64,000 nucleotides of DNA from Escherichia coli (GCF_024223415.1 NZ_CP100500.1); one strand, 5' to 3'. Counted from the stretch's first letter, positions 41,734-52,449 are shown. Program-made: numbers and translations. The notes: generated from the letters alone by a model not told the origin.

Positions 41734-43269
41734 TTGATGGCTAAAAAGAAAATCTCCCGGAGTTCTATGGAAACCTGTTTAAAAATTCTCCAACTTAAGT
41801 TCGAGCAGCATCAGACAAACCGGACTATCGCACTTACACTGAACATCAGTCCCTCGACTGTTTCCGATGTATTGTCCCGCTTTAAGAACACGTCAATATC
41901 GTGGCCTTTGCCTGAATCGATGACAACTCAACGTCTTGAGGTGCTTATCTTTCCTGGCAAGCAAGCCCCGGAAATGACGCCGGCACTGCCTGACTGGCTC
42001 TACATTGATACCGAACTACGTCGTGTGGGAGTCACTCGTCAGCTCTTATGGATGGAATACAAACATCAGGCTGGTGAATATGCTCTGGGATACTCACAGT
42101 TCTGTCGTCGTTATCTGCACTGGAAAAAAAGCGTGCGTTACTCCATGCGGCAGGAACATCGTGCTGGTGAAAAACTCTTTATCGACTTCTGTGGTCCTAC
42201 AGTCCCTGTTGTTAATCCGGAAACCGGAGAAGAACGCAGAGTGGCCATCTTTGTAGCCGTGATGGGAGCATCTAACTATACCTATGTTGAAGCGTGCGAA
42301 GGTCAGGATCTGATGTCGTGGCTAAACGCCAACAGCCGATGTCTGACCTTCCTTGGTGGTGTACCAAAACTGCTGATCCCGGATAACCTTAAAAGTGCTG
42401 TCAAAAAAGTCGATCGCTACGAACCGGTCATCAATGAGAGTTACCAAGCATTCGCAGAGCACTACAATACAGTGATACTCCCAGCAAGACCAAGAAAACC
42501 AAAGGATAAAGCGAAAGCCGAAACGGCTGTACTTATCGTCGAACGATGGCTGCTTGCCCGCATTCGCAACGAGACCTTCTTTACACTCAGGAGCCTGAAC
42601 AGTCGTCTACGCGAGTTGTTGGTAGAGCTGAATAACCGTCCCATGAAAGGATACGGCAACCAGACGCGTGCAGAGCGTTTTGCCCTGCTGGATGCCCCTG
42701 CATTATCAGCCCTGCCAGTATCAGAGTATGAGTTCGCTGAATACAAAACGGTGAAAGTTGCACCTGATTACCATGTTGAATACGCCCACCACTGGTACTC
42801 AGTACCTCATGAACTGATCGGACAACGGTTATCCCTGAAAGCCACTCAGACAGTGATCCAACTCTGGCATCAGGGGCAATGCGTGGCACAACATCCGCGC
42901 AGCCTCCATGAGTACAAGCACACGACCAACCCTCTACACATGCCTGCAGCACATCAGGCACACAGCAGATGGACACCGGAAAGTCTTCAGGAAGCAGCCA
43001 GAAAGATAGATCCTTATACAGCAATGACAGTGGATAGCATGCTGAACAGTAAACGTCATCCTGAACAGGCTTACCGGACAGTCCTGGGGCTGCTGAGCCT
43101 GAAAAAACACTATGGTCGTGAGCGTCTGGAAAAAGCCTGTCATGTTGCCCGGGAGTGCAGAACGTCGGAAAGAAGGTTCATCGAAAACCTTCTGCGTAAT
43201 AACAGGGAAAACCTTTCCCTCCGGAAAAAGAGAGGCAGACGGAGGGAAACGTATCAAAAATCCAGTTAA
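41734..43269 (+). CDS. istA: IS21-family transposase IstA (orphan; no istB downstream)
   Basis: 511 aa with N-terminal helix-turn-helix and DDE integrase core; sequence typical of IstA. Confidence 0.85.
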   Translation: MMAKKKISRSSMETCLKILQLKFEQHQTNRTIALTLNISPSTVSDVLSRFKNTSISWPLPESMTTQRLEVLIFPGKQAPEMTPALPDWLYIDTELRRVGVTRQLLWMEYKHQAGEYALGYSQFCRRYLHWKKSVRYSMRQEHRAGEKLFIDFCGPTVPVVNPETGEERRVAIFVAVMGASNYTYVEACEGQDLMSWLNANSRCLTFLGGVPKLLIPDNLKSAVKKVDRYEPVINESYQAFAEHYNTVILPARPRKPKDKAKAETAVLIVERWLLARIRNETFFTLRSLNSRLRELLVELNNRPMKGYGNQTRAERFALLDAPALSALPVSEYEFAEYKTVKVAPDYHVEYAHHWYSVPHELIGQRLSLKATQTVIQLWHQGQCVAQHPRSLHEYKHTTNPLHMPAAHQAHSRWTPESLQEAARKIDPYTAMTVDSMLNSKRHPEQAYRTVLGLLSLKKHYGRERLEKACHVARECRTSERRFIENLLRNNRENLSLRKKRGRRRETYQKSS

Positions 43270-43395
43270 TACGCGTGATGACTGCCTGCATCACGTTTTC
43301 ACCCGTCATGATTTTCTTTTTCACGGCCTCTCCGTCATCTTCAGTTCACACCTTTGTATAAAAAACAGGGCGTGATACACATCACGCCCTGCGCT

Positions 43396-44391
43396 TCAGT
43401 GGCTGATTTTTTTCAGCTGTTCTTCACTCAGCCCCGTAATTTTCATGATTGTCTGGAAACCCATCCCTTCAGCCAGCATATTACGCGCGGTTTCCAGTTT
43501 GCCTTCCAGTTGTCCTTCGAGTCGACCTTCGGCACGGCCTTCCATTCTGCCTTCCATTCTGCCTTCCAGCTTACCACGCTCCATACCCTGCGCCATGCCC
43601 AGCGCAATGCCTTCCTCGCGTCCGCTCTGCTTCAGTTGTTCAGCCAGTGTCATTATGTTGCCCTCGTGCTGTGGCAGCCGCTCCGCCAGCGTCTGCAAAA
43701 ACCTTACCGTCACATGTTCACTGCCGTTCAGCAGATAGTGGAACAGAACCTGCGCCAGCTCTTCATTCAGCGAAGTCTGTATCAGCTGAACCAGCCTGTC
43801 CATCTGCAGCATGATGTCGCGGCTGCGGCTGTGTTTCATCAGCAGCGTCAGTGCCCCCATACGACGGTGCTGCATTATTTCATCGTCATCCAGTACCGTC
43901 ACGTCCACCAGGTGGAACGGTCTGGTGTAGATTTTAGCAGCAAGTTCCGGATTTCTGAAACACTCCAGCCAGTTCATGCTGTACGGGTACGGACTCCGCT
44001 CACCGTGGTAGAATAACAGCGGGATCACCAGCGGCAGCTCATGGTGCTGTTCAAAGTGACGCTGCATCGCCGCCACCGCATATCTGAGCATCCTGAACGC
44101 CATAAACGCGTTTTCCGTGCTCTGGTGTTCCGCGAGGCAATAAATATACCCCTCCTCACCGCTGACGGTCTTCATGCTGAACAGCGCATCGCACGCATAC
44201 TGTTTCAGATCCTGGTCCACAAAGGTACAGGGCTCCAGCCGCAGCGTTGACAGATCACACAGCTGCCGGTATTCCGCCGGAAGATGCAGTTCAACAAAAT
44301 CACGGGCCACCTCTGCGGAGGCCATAAACGCCCTGAAGGCAGCATCATGCGGCGTGGGGGTATTTTTCTCTTTCCTGCTGCTCACCGTCAT
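43396..44391 (-). CDS. Rpn-family recombination-promoting nuclease / putative transposase (YhgA-like)
   Basis: 331 aa; PD-(D/E)xK-like N-terminal region; C-terminal tandem GRMEG/GRAEG/GRLEG/GQLEG repeats. Confidence 0.75.
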   Translation of the reverse strand: MTVSSRKEKNTPTPHDAAFRAFMASAEVARDFVELHLPAEYRQLCDLSTLRLEPCTFVDQDLKQYACDALFSMKTVSGEEGYIYCLAEHQSTENAFMAFRMLRYAVAAMQRHFEQHHELPLVIPLLFYHGERSPYPYSMNWLECFRNPELAAKIYTRPFHLVDVTVLDDDEIMQHRRMGALTLLMKHSRSRDIMLQMDRLVQLIQTSLNEELAQVLFHYLLNGSEHVTVRFLQTLAERLPQHEGNIMTLAEQLKQSGREEGIALGMAQGMERGKLEGRMEGRMEGRAEGRLEGQLEGKLETARNMLAEGMGFQTIMKITGLSEEQLKKISH

Positions 44392-44506
44392 CCACTCAAC
44401 TGTCCGGTATCACTCTTTTTTGCAATCATACCAGCCGTAACCATTTCAGTCACCGGTGCAGCCTCCGCCTGAAACCTGTACCGGAGAGAATAACATCGCG
44501 AATGGC

Positions 44507-45061
44507 TTAGCGGATGATGCCGGCCATCACAGGCCAGGATAACGAAAGGCACGCGTTTCTGAATGCCCTGAGTGGCTCAGCGCCTTCAGGTGTGGCTGCA
44601 CGCACCACCCTGTAACAGCATACCACCGTACACTGCCCTTCTGGTGTGAGTGTGGTGCCGGCCTGTTGCAGTAACGCCACCAGGAGCGAATCAGCTGTTA
44701 GGCCGGATCCCGGTGGGCAAATGAGATCCTGGCTGATCAGCAACAGACAACGTATCCCGGTGCTGTCTGTCGTTTCCCGCAGCCAGCGTAACACCACCGG
44801 CAGTAACGGATATCCGGCATGGCTTCGCTGATTCAGCTGTCTGTAAAATGCCCGGTAAAACGCATGAATCTGCCCCCCGTCACGATTTCCTCCTGTTGAA
44901 TGAAGTGTGAACTGAACGGCCAGCAGACGCGGCCAGTGATCCACCGCCTGCTGAATAAAACGCCGGATTTCCACCGGCTCTGAAAGTACGGTTTCGGTTA
45001 TCTGCACGATTTGCTCTCTTTGAATGTTTCTGAACCGGTGTCGGTGCACAGGGAAACGCAT
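44507..45061 (-). CDS. YagK/YfjJ-family (inovirus Gp2-like) protein, divergent copy lacking the His-hydrophobic-His motif
   Basis: HWPRLLAVQFTLHSTG resembles the family N-terminal motif, but the HxH position reads IRCLLLISQD. Confidence 0.45.
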   Translation of the reverse strand: MRFPVHRHRFRNIQREQIVQITETVLSEPVEIRRFIQQAVDHWPRLLAVQFTLHSTGGNRDGGQIHAFYRAFYRQLNQRSHAGYPLLPVVLRWLRETTDSTGIRCLLLISQDLICPPGSGLTADSLLVALLQQAGTTLTPEGQCTVVCCYRVVRAATPEGAEPLRAFRNACLSLSWPVMAGIIR

Positions 45062-45125
45062 ACCCACACCACCACGCATACCCGGTCACAGCGTCACCGC
45101 CGTAAACTGCGACCGGGAACGCGCA

Positions 45126-45548
45126 TTACAGCAACGAATTGTCCGTCCCGGTATCTTCCATCAGGGGCTCCCGGCGTTCCCTGCTGTACAGCCCGCTTCC
45201 ACACCCCGGGCAGACCTTTTCTCCTTCATAGCTTTCATCACACATCACACAAAACCACCTTCTTACCTTCACCGCATAATCAGGCACCAGCATGCCCTGC
45301 AGATACACACGACGGGATTCTTTCTCTGCCGGGTCAAGCCAGGTACATCGCAGGAGAACTTTCTCAGAGACCGTCATCTGGTCATGTTCAAACCACGGTG
45401 GTTGTCCGTCCGTGCCCCGCTTAAGCGTTAACGGGCAACCACAGGACACACAGCACAAAACGTCCTGGCGGTTGTGCTCCGCAGCTTCTTTCGCGGTGAC
45501 AAAATGGCCCTTGCTGTCATTCGCCATATAGCAGTTCAGAATTCGCAT
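45126..45548 (-). CDS. zinc-ribbon protein, paralogue B
   Basis: CCVSCGCPLTLKRGTDGQPPWFEH and C-terminal CVMCDESYEGEKVCPGCG; start placed at MRILNCY. Confidence 0.5.
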   Translation of the reverse strand: MRILNCYMANDSKGHFVTAKEAAEHNRQDVLCCVSCGCPLTLKRGTDGQPPWFEHDQMTVSEKVLLRCTWLDPAEKESRRVYLQGMLVPDYAVKVRRWFCVMCDESYEGEKVCPGCGSGLYSRERREPLMEDTGTDNSLL

Positions 45549-45562
45549 ATCCCCCCCTGAGC

Positions 45563-45949
45563 TTAAGCTGTCCGGGAAATACTGAAGCGCCCGGTCCGGC
45601 AGTGTGTGCAGTACTGCTCCCCATAATAATCGTGGTGACATTGTCTGCAGTGCCGGCTGGCTTTACGCACCACGGGTAAGGCATCCGGTACAAACTGCCG
45701 TAAGCGTTTAATCAGTTGCACCTCCCTGCGCTCAGGCTGTACGTAAGGACACTGCTGACCGTGCTCCGTCAGCCCTTCGTCAGTGTGTTCAAACCAGGGG
45801 CGTTCAGTGTTGTATTGCGGGTGGTATCTGAGCGCACTGCCGCAAAGGTGGCAGGTGTAGCGGTCGTAAGGTGCAGTCTGTGCGGTACGGGCACCGGTCA
45901 GACGTCCGTTGCCATCAAACGCGAGAAAAGATTTTGCGTACATCGTCAT
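45563..45949 (-). CDS. zinc-ribbon protein, paralogue A
   Basis: CHLCGSALRYHPQYNTERPWFEH and C-terminal CRQCHHDYYGEQYCTHC. Confidence 0.5.
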   Translation of the reverse strand: MTMYAKSFLAFDGNGRLTGARTAQTAPYDRYTCHLCGSALRYHPQYNTERPWFEHTDEGLTEHGQQCPYVQPERREVQLIKRLRQFVPDALPVVRKASRHCRQCHHDYYGEQYCTHCRTGRFSISRTA

Positions 45950-46154
45950 ACTCCGGGGCCGCCAGACGACACGCAGGCGTCAGCCGTCCCTTTACGGGCA
46001 GCGTGGACAGAGTGTGAATGGCGGTACAGTTAAGGGTGGAAAATGGGTGGGCTGTTGTTACAGCACTGTGGGTGTCACATCATGGTGTACCAACGTAAAA
46101 AATAATCAGCAGGATGTCGCCGGACATCAGCCCGTCCTGCTGGTTTTGCCGGGC

Positions 46155-46724
46155 TCAGCCCCGACTGCAGCCGAAATTACGTTCACCGGTGCCACAGGCT
46201 TTGGTATGCTCCTTCGCCAGATAGTCAGCCCGTTCCAGTAGCTGCTGAAAGCCGGCGTCATCATCACGCGTCAGCCACAGTGCGGGATGTTCCGGAAAGG
46301 TCGCCAGCGTGGCATGGTATCCGGCATCCACACCCAGGGCACTGCACCACGCCTGTTTAATCATCCCGGCCAGTGACCCCGGAACGCGGTAATCGCCGGC
46401 ACGGCACCAGGTATCCCGGTTGACCAGCAACAGCAGGTGATAATGTTTTTTACCTTTACGCTCCCCGAACTCCCGGGCCCAGGCGTAATGCAGGGTTGTG
46501 GGATGTACGCGTTTACCTTCACGGCGCCTGCGTTTCTGGTAAGCGTAAATTCGGGCTTTCAGGGCATTGACGAAGCGGGATATCACCGCAGCATCGGTCT
46601 CTGCGGGGTGCTCCGGCAGACGCAGATCCACCTGGAGCGCTGTCAGGCGGGGATGCACCGCCAGTGCCTGCTGCACCGTCTCACGGATACGCTTCTGCCA
46701 GAAGCTGTTGTACTTGTGTATCAT
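46155..46724 (-). CDS. YagK/YfjJ-family (inovirus Gp2-like, putative HUH-type) protein
   Basis: Motifs HPRLTALQVDLRLPEH and KKHYHLLLLVNRD. Confidence 0.65.
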   Translation of the reverse strand: MIHKYNSFWQKRIRETVQQALAVHPRLTALQVDLRLPEHPAETDAAVISRFVNALKARIYAYQKRRRREGKRVHPTTLHYAWAREFGERKGKKHYHLLLLVNRDTWCRAGDYRVPGSLAGMIKQAWCSALGVDAGYHATLATFPEHPALWLTRDDDAGFQQLLERADYLAKEHTKACGTGERNFGCSRG

Positions 46725-47167
46725 GGTTGAATCTCCTCCGTGACTCACAGACGTTACTTAAGGAAGAAGATGAGCAACAGGCTACACGTACGATAAAAGA
46801 CATTTGGGTCATGAATACACGATCTGGATGGACGACATAAAGGTGATGATCTGCTCAAACCAACCAGCGTTTATGATCGATGCGACAGACAGAAGGAATG
46901 AACTACTACAATAAATAAAATCTGTCGCTGTGTGGCAAGGAAGATTTTCTTCAGGAGTGCTGGCTTATTGGGATTTTTAACACAATTTAGAGTGAGTTCA
47001 ATCAGCCACAAATCTGGATTCCTATGTCCGGATTTTTACCACAATCCCCTTATTGATTTTTATTAATCATTCACAATCTGTGATCTAGCTCGATTGCGAT
47101 TTGTATTTGACTTAATATAATCACCATGATTGTATTAAATCAAATTATAACAACAGGCGTAAAAACC

Positions 47168-48121
47168 ATGAACATTAAAAAATCAATAGAACGAGTACCC
47201 GGCGGTATGATGGTTGTACCACTGGTGATTGGCGCCATTATCAATACCTTTTCACCACAAGTGCTGGAGATCGGCGGGTTCACCACCGCGTTGTTCAAAA
47301 ACGGCGCTGCTCCTCTGATTGGTGCCTTCCTGCTCTGTATGGGAGCAGGGATCAGCGTGAAAGCCGCACCTCGGGCGTTGTTTCAGGGGGGGGCAATAAC
47401 CCTGACCAAACTGCTTGTCGCCATTGCGATTGGCCTAGGTGTTGAGCATCTGTTCGGTCAGGAAGGTATCTTCGGATTGAGCGGCGTGGCAATCATTGCG
47501 GCAATGAGTAACTCAAACGGCGGACTTTACGCGGCGCTAGTGGGAGAGTTTGGCAACGAACGCGATGTCGGCGCTATTTCAATTCTATCTCTGAATGATG
47601 GACCGTTCTTTACAATGATCGCGCTGGGAGCTGCTGGTATGGCGAACATACCAATCATAGCGCTGGTCGCAGTGCTGATTCCGCTGGTGATAGGGATGCT
47701 CCTCGGTAACCTTGATCCCAACATGCGTGACTTCCTGACCAAAGGTGGACCACTATTGATCCCGTTCTTCGCGTTTGCGCTGGGTGCGGGGATCAACCTT
47801 GAAATGCTTCTGCAGGGTGGGCTGGCTGGGATTCTGCTTGGCGTACTGACCACCTTTATCGGCGGTTTCTTTAACATTCGCGCCGACCGTCTGGCTGGGG
47901 GAACCGGTATTGCCGGCGCGGCGGCTTCCAGCACAGCCGGAAATGCGGTAGCGACGCCGCTGGCGATTGCTCAGGCAGACCCTTCGCTGGCTGAAGTGGT
48001 TACCTCTGCCGCACCGCTGATTGCCGCATCGGTGATCACAACCGCAATTCTGACGCCAGTCCTAACCTCTCGGGTCGCCAAAAATCGGGCGCGTCAGATC
48101 TCTGAGGAGAAAAAAGTATGA
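47168..48121 (+). CDS. 2-keto-3-deoxygluconate permease (KdgT family)
   Basis: MNIKKSIERVPGGMMVVPLVIGAIINTF...; polytopic membrane protein. Confidence 0.8.
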   Translation: MNIKKSIERVPGGMMVVPLVIGAIINTFSPQVLEIGGFTTALFKNGAAPLIGAFLLCMGAGISVKAAPRALFQGGAITLTKLLVAIAIGLGVEHLFGQEGIFGLSGVAIIAAMSNSNGGLYAALVGEFGNERDVGAISILSLNDGPFFTMIALGAAGMANIPIIALVAVLIPLVIGMLLGNLDPNMRDFLTKGGPLLIPFFAFALGAGINLEMLLQGGLAGILLGVLTTFIGGFFNIRADRLAGGTGIAGAAASSTAGNAVATPLAIAQADPSLAEVVTSAAPLIAASVITTAILTPVLTSRVAKNRARQISEEKKV

Positions 48122-49389
48122 AGATGATCGTTATCGCCGACGACTTTACGGGTTCTAACGATACTGGCGTGCAGTTGGCGAAGAAAGGAGCTCGCACGGA
48201 AGTTTTGCTAACGCCGGAGCAAAAGCCTTCGCGTCGCACGGATGTACTGGTGCTCAACACTGAAAGTCGTGCGGTGCCGGCCGCACAGGCAGCGAAAGCG
48301 GTAACGCATGCTCTGGCTCCCTGGTGCAAAGGAGAGATGCTCCCGCTGGTATACAAGAAAATCGACTCCACATTTCGCGGCAACGTCGGCGCGGAAGTGA
48401 CGGCAGCGATGCGAGCCGCTAAACGGACTCTGGCAGTGATCGCTGCGGCGATCCCAGCTGCAGGACGCACAACCCGTAACGGATTATGCCTGGTCAACGG
48501 TACGCCTCTACTGGAAACCGAGTTTGCCAGCGATCCGAAAACGCCGGTTTTCTCCTCGCGCATTGCGGAACTGATCGCGCTACAAAGCGATATCCCGGTA
48601 CATGACGTGTCGCTTGATGACGTGCGACGCGGACAGCTCAGCGCCCTTCTTAAAGCTTTTGCAGCCCAGGGGGAATGCATGGTGGTAGTCGATGCGGTGG
48701 AAGATCACGACCTGTCTCTGATTACCCAGGCTATTTGTGAACAGGCTACATTTCCTCTACTGGTCGGTGCGGCAGGACTGGCGAATGCGCTACCGGTCAG
48801 AATGTTCATGCAGGAGAAGAAGGCTCTGCCAGTGCTAGTAGTTGCAGGATCGATGAGCGAAGCCACCCGGCGGCAGGTTGAAAAAGCGCTCACCCAGGCA
48901 CACGCCAACGTGGTGGACATTGATGTCTCACGACTGATTTCCTCGAAGGCCGAACAGGAAATAGCCTCTGTGGTGGAACAGGCCAGCGTGTTGCTCAGTC
49001 ACCAGAAACACACGATTCTTCGCACCAGCCGTAGTGCGGATGACCGACTGATGATCGATGCTCTGTGTACTGAAGCAGGCGTAGGCCGCCAACAGCTTGG
49101 CGAGATGCTCAGCCAATGTCTAGGGATCATTACACTGCGCATTATCGAACAGGCGCGTATTGGCGGCCTGTTCCTGACCGGAGGAGATATTGCCACTGCT
49201 GTTGCCAGTGCGCTTGGTGCTGAAGGCTATCGCATCCAGAACGAGGTCGCCCCATGCATTCCCTGCGGGATGTTTGTGAACAGCGAAATCGACGATCTTC
49301 CGGTGATCACGAAAGCTGGCGGATTCGGTTCAGACAGCACCCTTTGTGATGCACTTTATTTTATTGAGGAGATGTACAGTGGTAACTAA
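48118..49389 (+). CDS. four-carbon acid sugar kinase family protein (YgbK/OtnK-like)
   Basis: MKMIVIADDFTGSNDTGVQLAKKGARTEVLL N-terminus. Confidence 0.8.
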   Translation: MKMIVIADDFTGSNDTGVQLAKKGARTEVLLTPEQKPSRRTDVLVLNTESRAVPAAQAAKAVTHALAPWCKGEMLPLVYKKIDSTFRGNVGAEVTAAMRAAKRTLAVIAAAIPAAGRTTRNGLCLVNGTPLLETEFASDPKTPVFSSRIAELIALQSDIPVHDVSLDDVRRGQLSALLKAFAAQGECMVVVDAVEDHDLSLITQAICEQATFPLLVGAAGLANALPVRMFMQEKKALPVLVVAGSMSEATRRQVEKALTQAHANVVDIDVSRLISSKAEQEIASVVEQASVLLSHQKHTILRTSRSADDRLMIDALCTEAGVGRQQLGEMLSQCLGIITLRIIEQARIGGLFLTGGDIATAVASALGAEGYRIQNEVAPCIPCGMFVNSEIDDLPVITKAGGFGSDSTLCDALYFIEEMYSGN

Positions 49390-50362
49390 AACAATAGCGA
49401 TTACGATGGGCGATCCGGCAGGTATCGGTCCAGAAATAATTGTCAAGGCACTTTGTGAAAATGAACTTAGCGGCGCACCGCTGGTAGTGGTGGGATGCCT
49501 ACAGACCCTACAACGTTTGCAAACCAAAGGACTGGCAGAAGGAGTGACTTTTCGCGCAATTGACAATGTCACGCAGGCGCGATTTTCACAGGGCGTGATT
49601 CACGTAATCGATGAGCCGCTGGCACAGCCCCAAGCGCTGGAGCCAGGTAAAGTGCAGGCCGAGGCGGGAGATCTGGCCTACCGTTGCGTAAAACGTGCGA
49701 CGGAGTTGGCACTGAAAGGTGATGTACACGCCATCGCCACTGCGCCGCTGAATAAAGAAGCACTACATCAGGCGGGACATTATTATCCGGGACATACCGA
49801 ACTGCTGGCGACGTTGACCGGAAGCCGTGACTATGCGATGGTGCTTTACACCGACAAGCTGAAGGTGATTCACGTTTCGACCCATATTGCGTTACGCAAG
49901 TTTCTCGACACTCTCAACAGGCAACGCGTGGAGACTGTTATAGGCATCGCGGATCACTTCCTTAAGCGTATTGGCTTAGCCCAACCGCGCATCGCCGTAG
50001 CCGGGATCAATCCCCATGCAGGCGAAAACGGTCTGTTTGGCGATGAAGAAATTCGCATTGTATCGCCAGCCATTGAAAACATGAGGGCGAAAGGAACAGA
50101 CGTTTTCGGACCATGTCCACCGGATACCGTGTTTTTGCAGGCATACGAGGGTCATTATGACATGGTGGTGGCGATGTACCACGATCAGGGACATATTCCG
50201 CTCAAACTGCTTGGATTCTATGATGGCGTGAATATCACCGCCGGTCTGCCGTTTATTCGTACCTCTGCTGATCACGGGACTGCGTTTGATATTGCCTGGA
50301 CGGGCAAAGCAAAATCTGAGAGCATGGTCATATCGATTAAACTGGCAATGCAACTGGCATAA
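49379..50362 (+). CDS. PdxA-family NAD-dependent dehydrogenase (4-hydroxythreonine-4-phosphate dehydrogenase-like)
   Basis: KTIAITMGDPAGIGPEI...HTELLA...DHGTAFDIAWTGKA; GTG start with GAGGAG Shine-Dalgarno assumed. Confidence 0.8.
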   Translation: MVTKTIAITMGDPAGIGPEIIVKALCENELSGAPLVVVGCLQTLQRLQTKGLAEGVTFRAIDNVTQARFSQGVIHVIDEPLAQPQALEPGKVQAEAGDLAYRCVKRATELALKGDVHAIATAPLNKEALHQAGHYYPGHTELLATLTGSRDYAMVLYTDKLKVIHVSTHIALRKFLDTLNRQRVETVIGIADHFLKRIGLAQPRIAVAGINPHAGENGLFGDEEIRIVSPAIENMRAKGTDVFGPCPPDTVFLQAYEGHYDMVVAMYHDQGHIPLKLLGFYDGVNITAGLPFIRTSADHGTAFDIAWTGKAKSESMVISIKLAMQLA

Positions 50363-50371
50363 TTTCCTGTT

Positions 50372-51142
50372 ATGAAAGGACAACACCGTCTGGATAAAAT
50401 AGTGGCGTATTTGAAAAATCATACGCTGGCGACCGTGGAACAACTTGTAGATGTGGTAGAAGCATCGCCCGCGACGATCCGACGTGATCTGATCAAACTG
50501 AATAAACAGGGTGTGATCAGCCGCAGCCACGGAGGTGTTGCCCTGCGGCGTTTTGAACCCGCGCAACCCACAACCAATGAAAAGCAATTACGATCGCCTG
50601 CGGAAAAGCGGGCGATCGCGCGTTTTGCAGCCTCAATAGTACAGGCCGGCGACGCAGTGGTTTTGGACGCCGGCACCACCATGCTGGAGTTGGCTAAATG
50701 CCTGACTCATTTGCCACTCAGGGTGATCACGGTCGATCTGCATATCGCCCTGTTTTTGTCCGAATTTCCCCAGATTGAAGTCACCATTGTGGGTGGTCGT
50801 ATTGATGAAAGCAGTCAGTCCTGTATCGGCGACTTTGGTCGCAAAATGTTACGTAGCGTCTACCCTGATATCGCATTCATGAGCTGTAACACCTGGAGTA
50901 TGGAAAAAGGTGTCACAACTCCGACGGAGGACAAAGCAGGACTCAAGCAGGAGATTATCGCTAACGCCCAACGTAAGGTTCTACTGGCCGACAGCAGCAA
51001 ATATGGCGCGCATTCGCTGTTCAACGTAACGCCGCTGAGCAGTTTTACCGATGTTGTGACCGATGTGCATCTGCCACGCCCTGTCCAGGCAGAGCTGGAA
51101 GCCCACTCCATTGCCCTTACGCTAGTCCAGCCTGGATTTTAA
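50372..51142 (+). CDS. DeoR-family transcriptional regulator
   Basis: N-terminal helix-turn-helix ([34 protein letters not shown]) plus sugar-phosphate-binding domain. Confidence 0.85.
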   Translation: MKGQHRLDKIVAYLKNHTLATVEQLVDVVEASPATIRRDLIKLNKQGVISRSHGGVALRRFEPAQPTTNEKQLRSPAEKRAIARFAASIVQAGDAVVLDAGTTMLELAKCLTHLPLRVITVDLHIALFLSEFPQIEVTIVGGRIDESSQSCIGDFGRKMLRSVYPDIAFMSCNTWSMEKGVTTPTEDKAGLKQEIIANAQRKVLLADSSKYGAHSLFNVTPLSSFTDVVTDVHLPRPVQAELEAHSIALTLVQPGF

Positions 51143-51429
51143 AGGGACCGTTCACAGTTATCAGGACGGACGGCATGTTGCGCCAACAGTCTTACCTGTG
51201 AACTGTATAGTGAACGTCTTTATGCTTATGGCAGTAAATCCACCAGTTGCAAACATCCCCCGCTGACCGGGGGAAAGTATTCATGTACCTGTTGTTGATT
51301 TACTGATGTCCATATCGGACATTCAGCATGATACGCGTTGTCATCCGGAACACGACTCTCTGTCGTATAAATATACCCCCGGATGAACGCTGTTTCGGAT
51401 GTGCGTACCTGGGGGCCTCAGGTGACAGC

Positions 51430-52449
51430 TCAGACGGTGGTCATATCAATAACGATTCTGCCGTTGATTTTTCCTGCGCGCATGCGGCCGAATACAGAGT
51501 TGATATTTTCCAGTGGCTCCGTGGTGACCTCTGCATGAACCTTGTGCTGACCGGTAAAGAAGAGAGCTTCCTGCAAATCCTTACGGGTCCCTACAATAGA
51601 ACCCCTCACAGTTATACCATCAAGCACCATATCGAATATCGACAAATCAAATTTCCCCGGCGGCAGACCGTTCAGTACCATCGTTCCGCCACGACGCATC
51701 ATACCTGTGGCCTGAGAAAATGCGGCTGGTGACACTGCCGTGACCAGTACACCATGTGCACCACCAGTTTCTGCATGAATGCGCTGTACCGGATTTTCAC
51801 GCACGGCGTTCACCACAACAGAGGCTCCAAGTCTGCAGGCCAGCTCCAGTTTACTGTCATCCACATCAACAGCCGCAACATTCATCCCCATCGCGGCGGC
51901 ATACTGAACGGCCAGATGTCCCAGTCCTCCGACACCGGAAATCACCACCCATTCCCCCGGGCGGGCTTCCGTCATTTTCAGTCCTTTGTAAACAGTCACG
52001 CCGGCGCAAAGCACGGGGGCTATATGGTGAAAATCAACATTATCCGGAAGAAGTCCGACATAATTCGCATCCGCAAGACAGTATTCCGCAAACGTGCCAT
52101 TCACCGAATAACCAGCATTTTGTTGGGAATGACACAGGGTTTCCCAGCCCCCCAGGCAATGCTCACAGTAGCCGCATGCAGAATACAGCCAGGGAACCCC
52201 TACCCGATCGCCTTCCCTGATATGTTTTACGCCGGCACCCACGGCCACCACGTGACCTACCCCTTCATGTCCCGGAATAAACGGCGGACGTGGTTTGACT
52301 GGCCAGTCACCATCTGCAGCATGAAGATCGGTATGGCATACCCCCGTGGCTGCTATTCTGACCAGAATTTTTCCGGGTTCAATGGCCGGCACGGTAACTT
52401 CATCAATAACCAGCGGTTTTCCAAATTCTGTGACAATAGCGGCTTTCAT
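51430..52449 (-). CDS. zinc-dependent alcohol dehydrogenase (AdhP-like)
   Basis: [21 protein letters not shown]...GHEGVGHV...; zinc and GxGxxG motifs. Confidence 0.88.
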   Translation of the reverse strand: MKAAIVTEFGKPLVIDEVTVPAIEPGKILVRIAATGVCHTDLHAADGDWPVKPRPPFIPGHEGVGHVVAVGAGVKHIREGDRVGVPWLYSACGYCEHCLGGWETLCHSQQNAGYSVNGTFAEYCLADANYVGLLPDNVDFHHIAPVLCAGVTVYKGLKMTEARPGEWVVISGVGGLGHLAVQYAAAMGMNVAAVDVDDSKLELACRLGASVVVNAVRENPVQRIHAETGGAHGVLVTAVSPAAFSQATGMMRRGGTMVLNGLPPGKFDLSIFDMVLDGITVRGSIVGTRKDLQEALFFTGQHKVHAEVTTEPLENINSVFGRMRAGKINGRIVIDMTTV

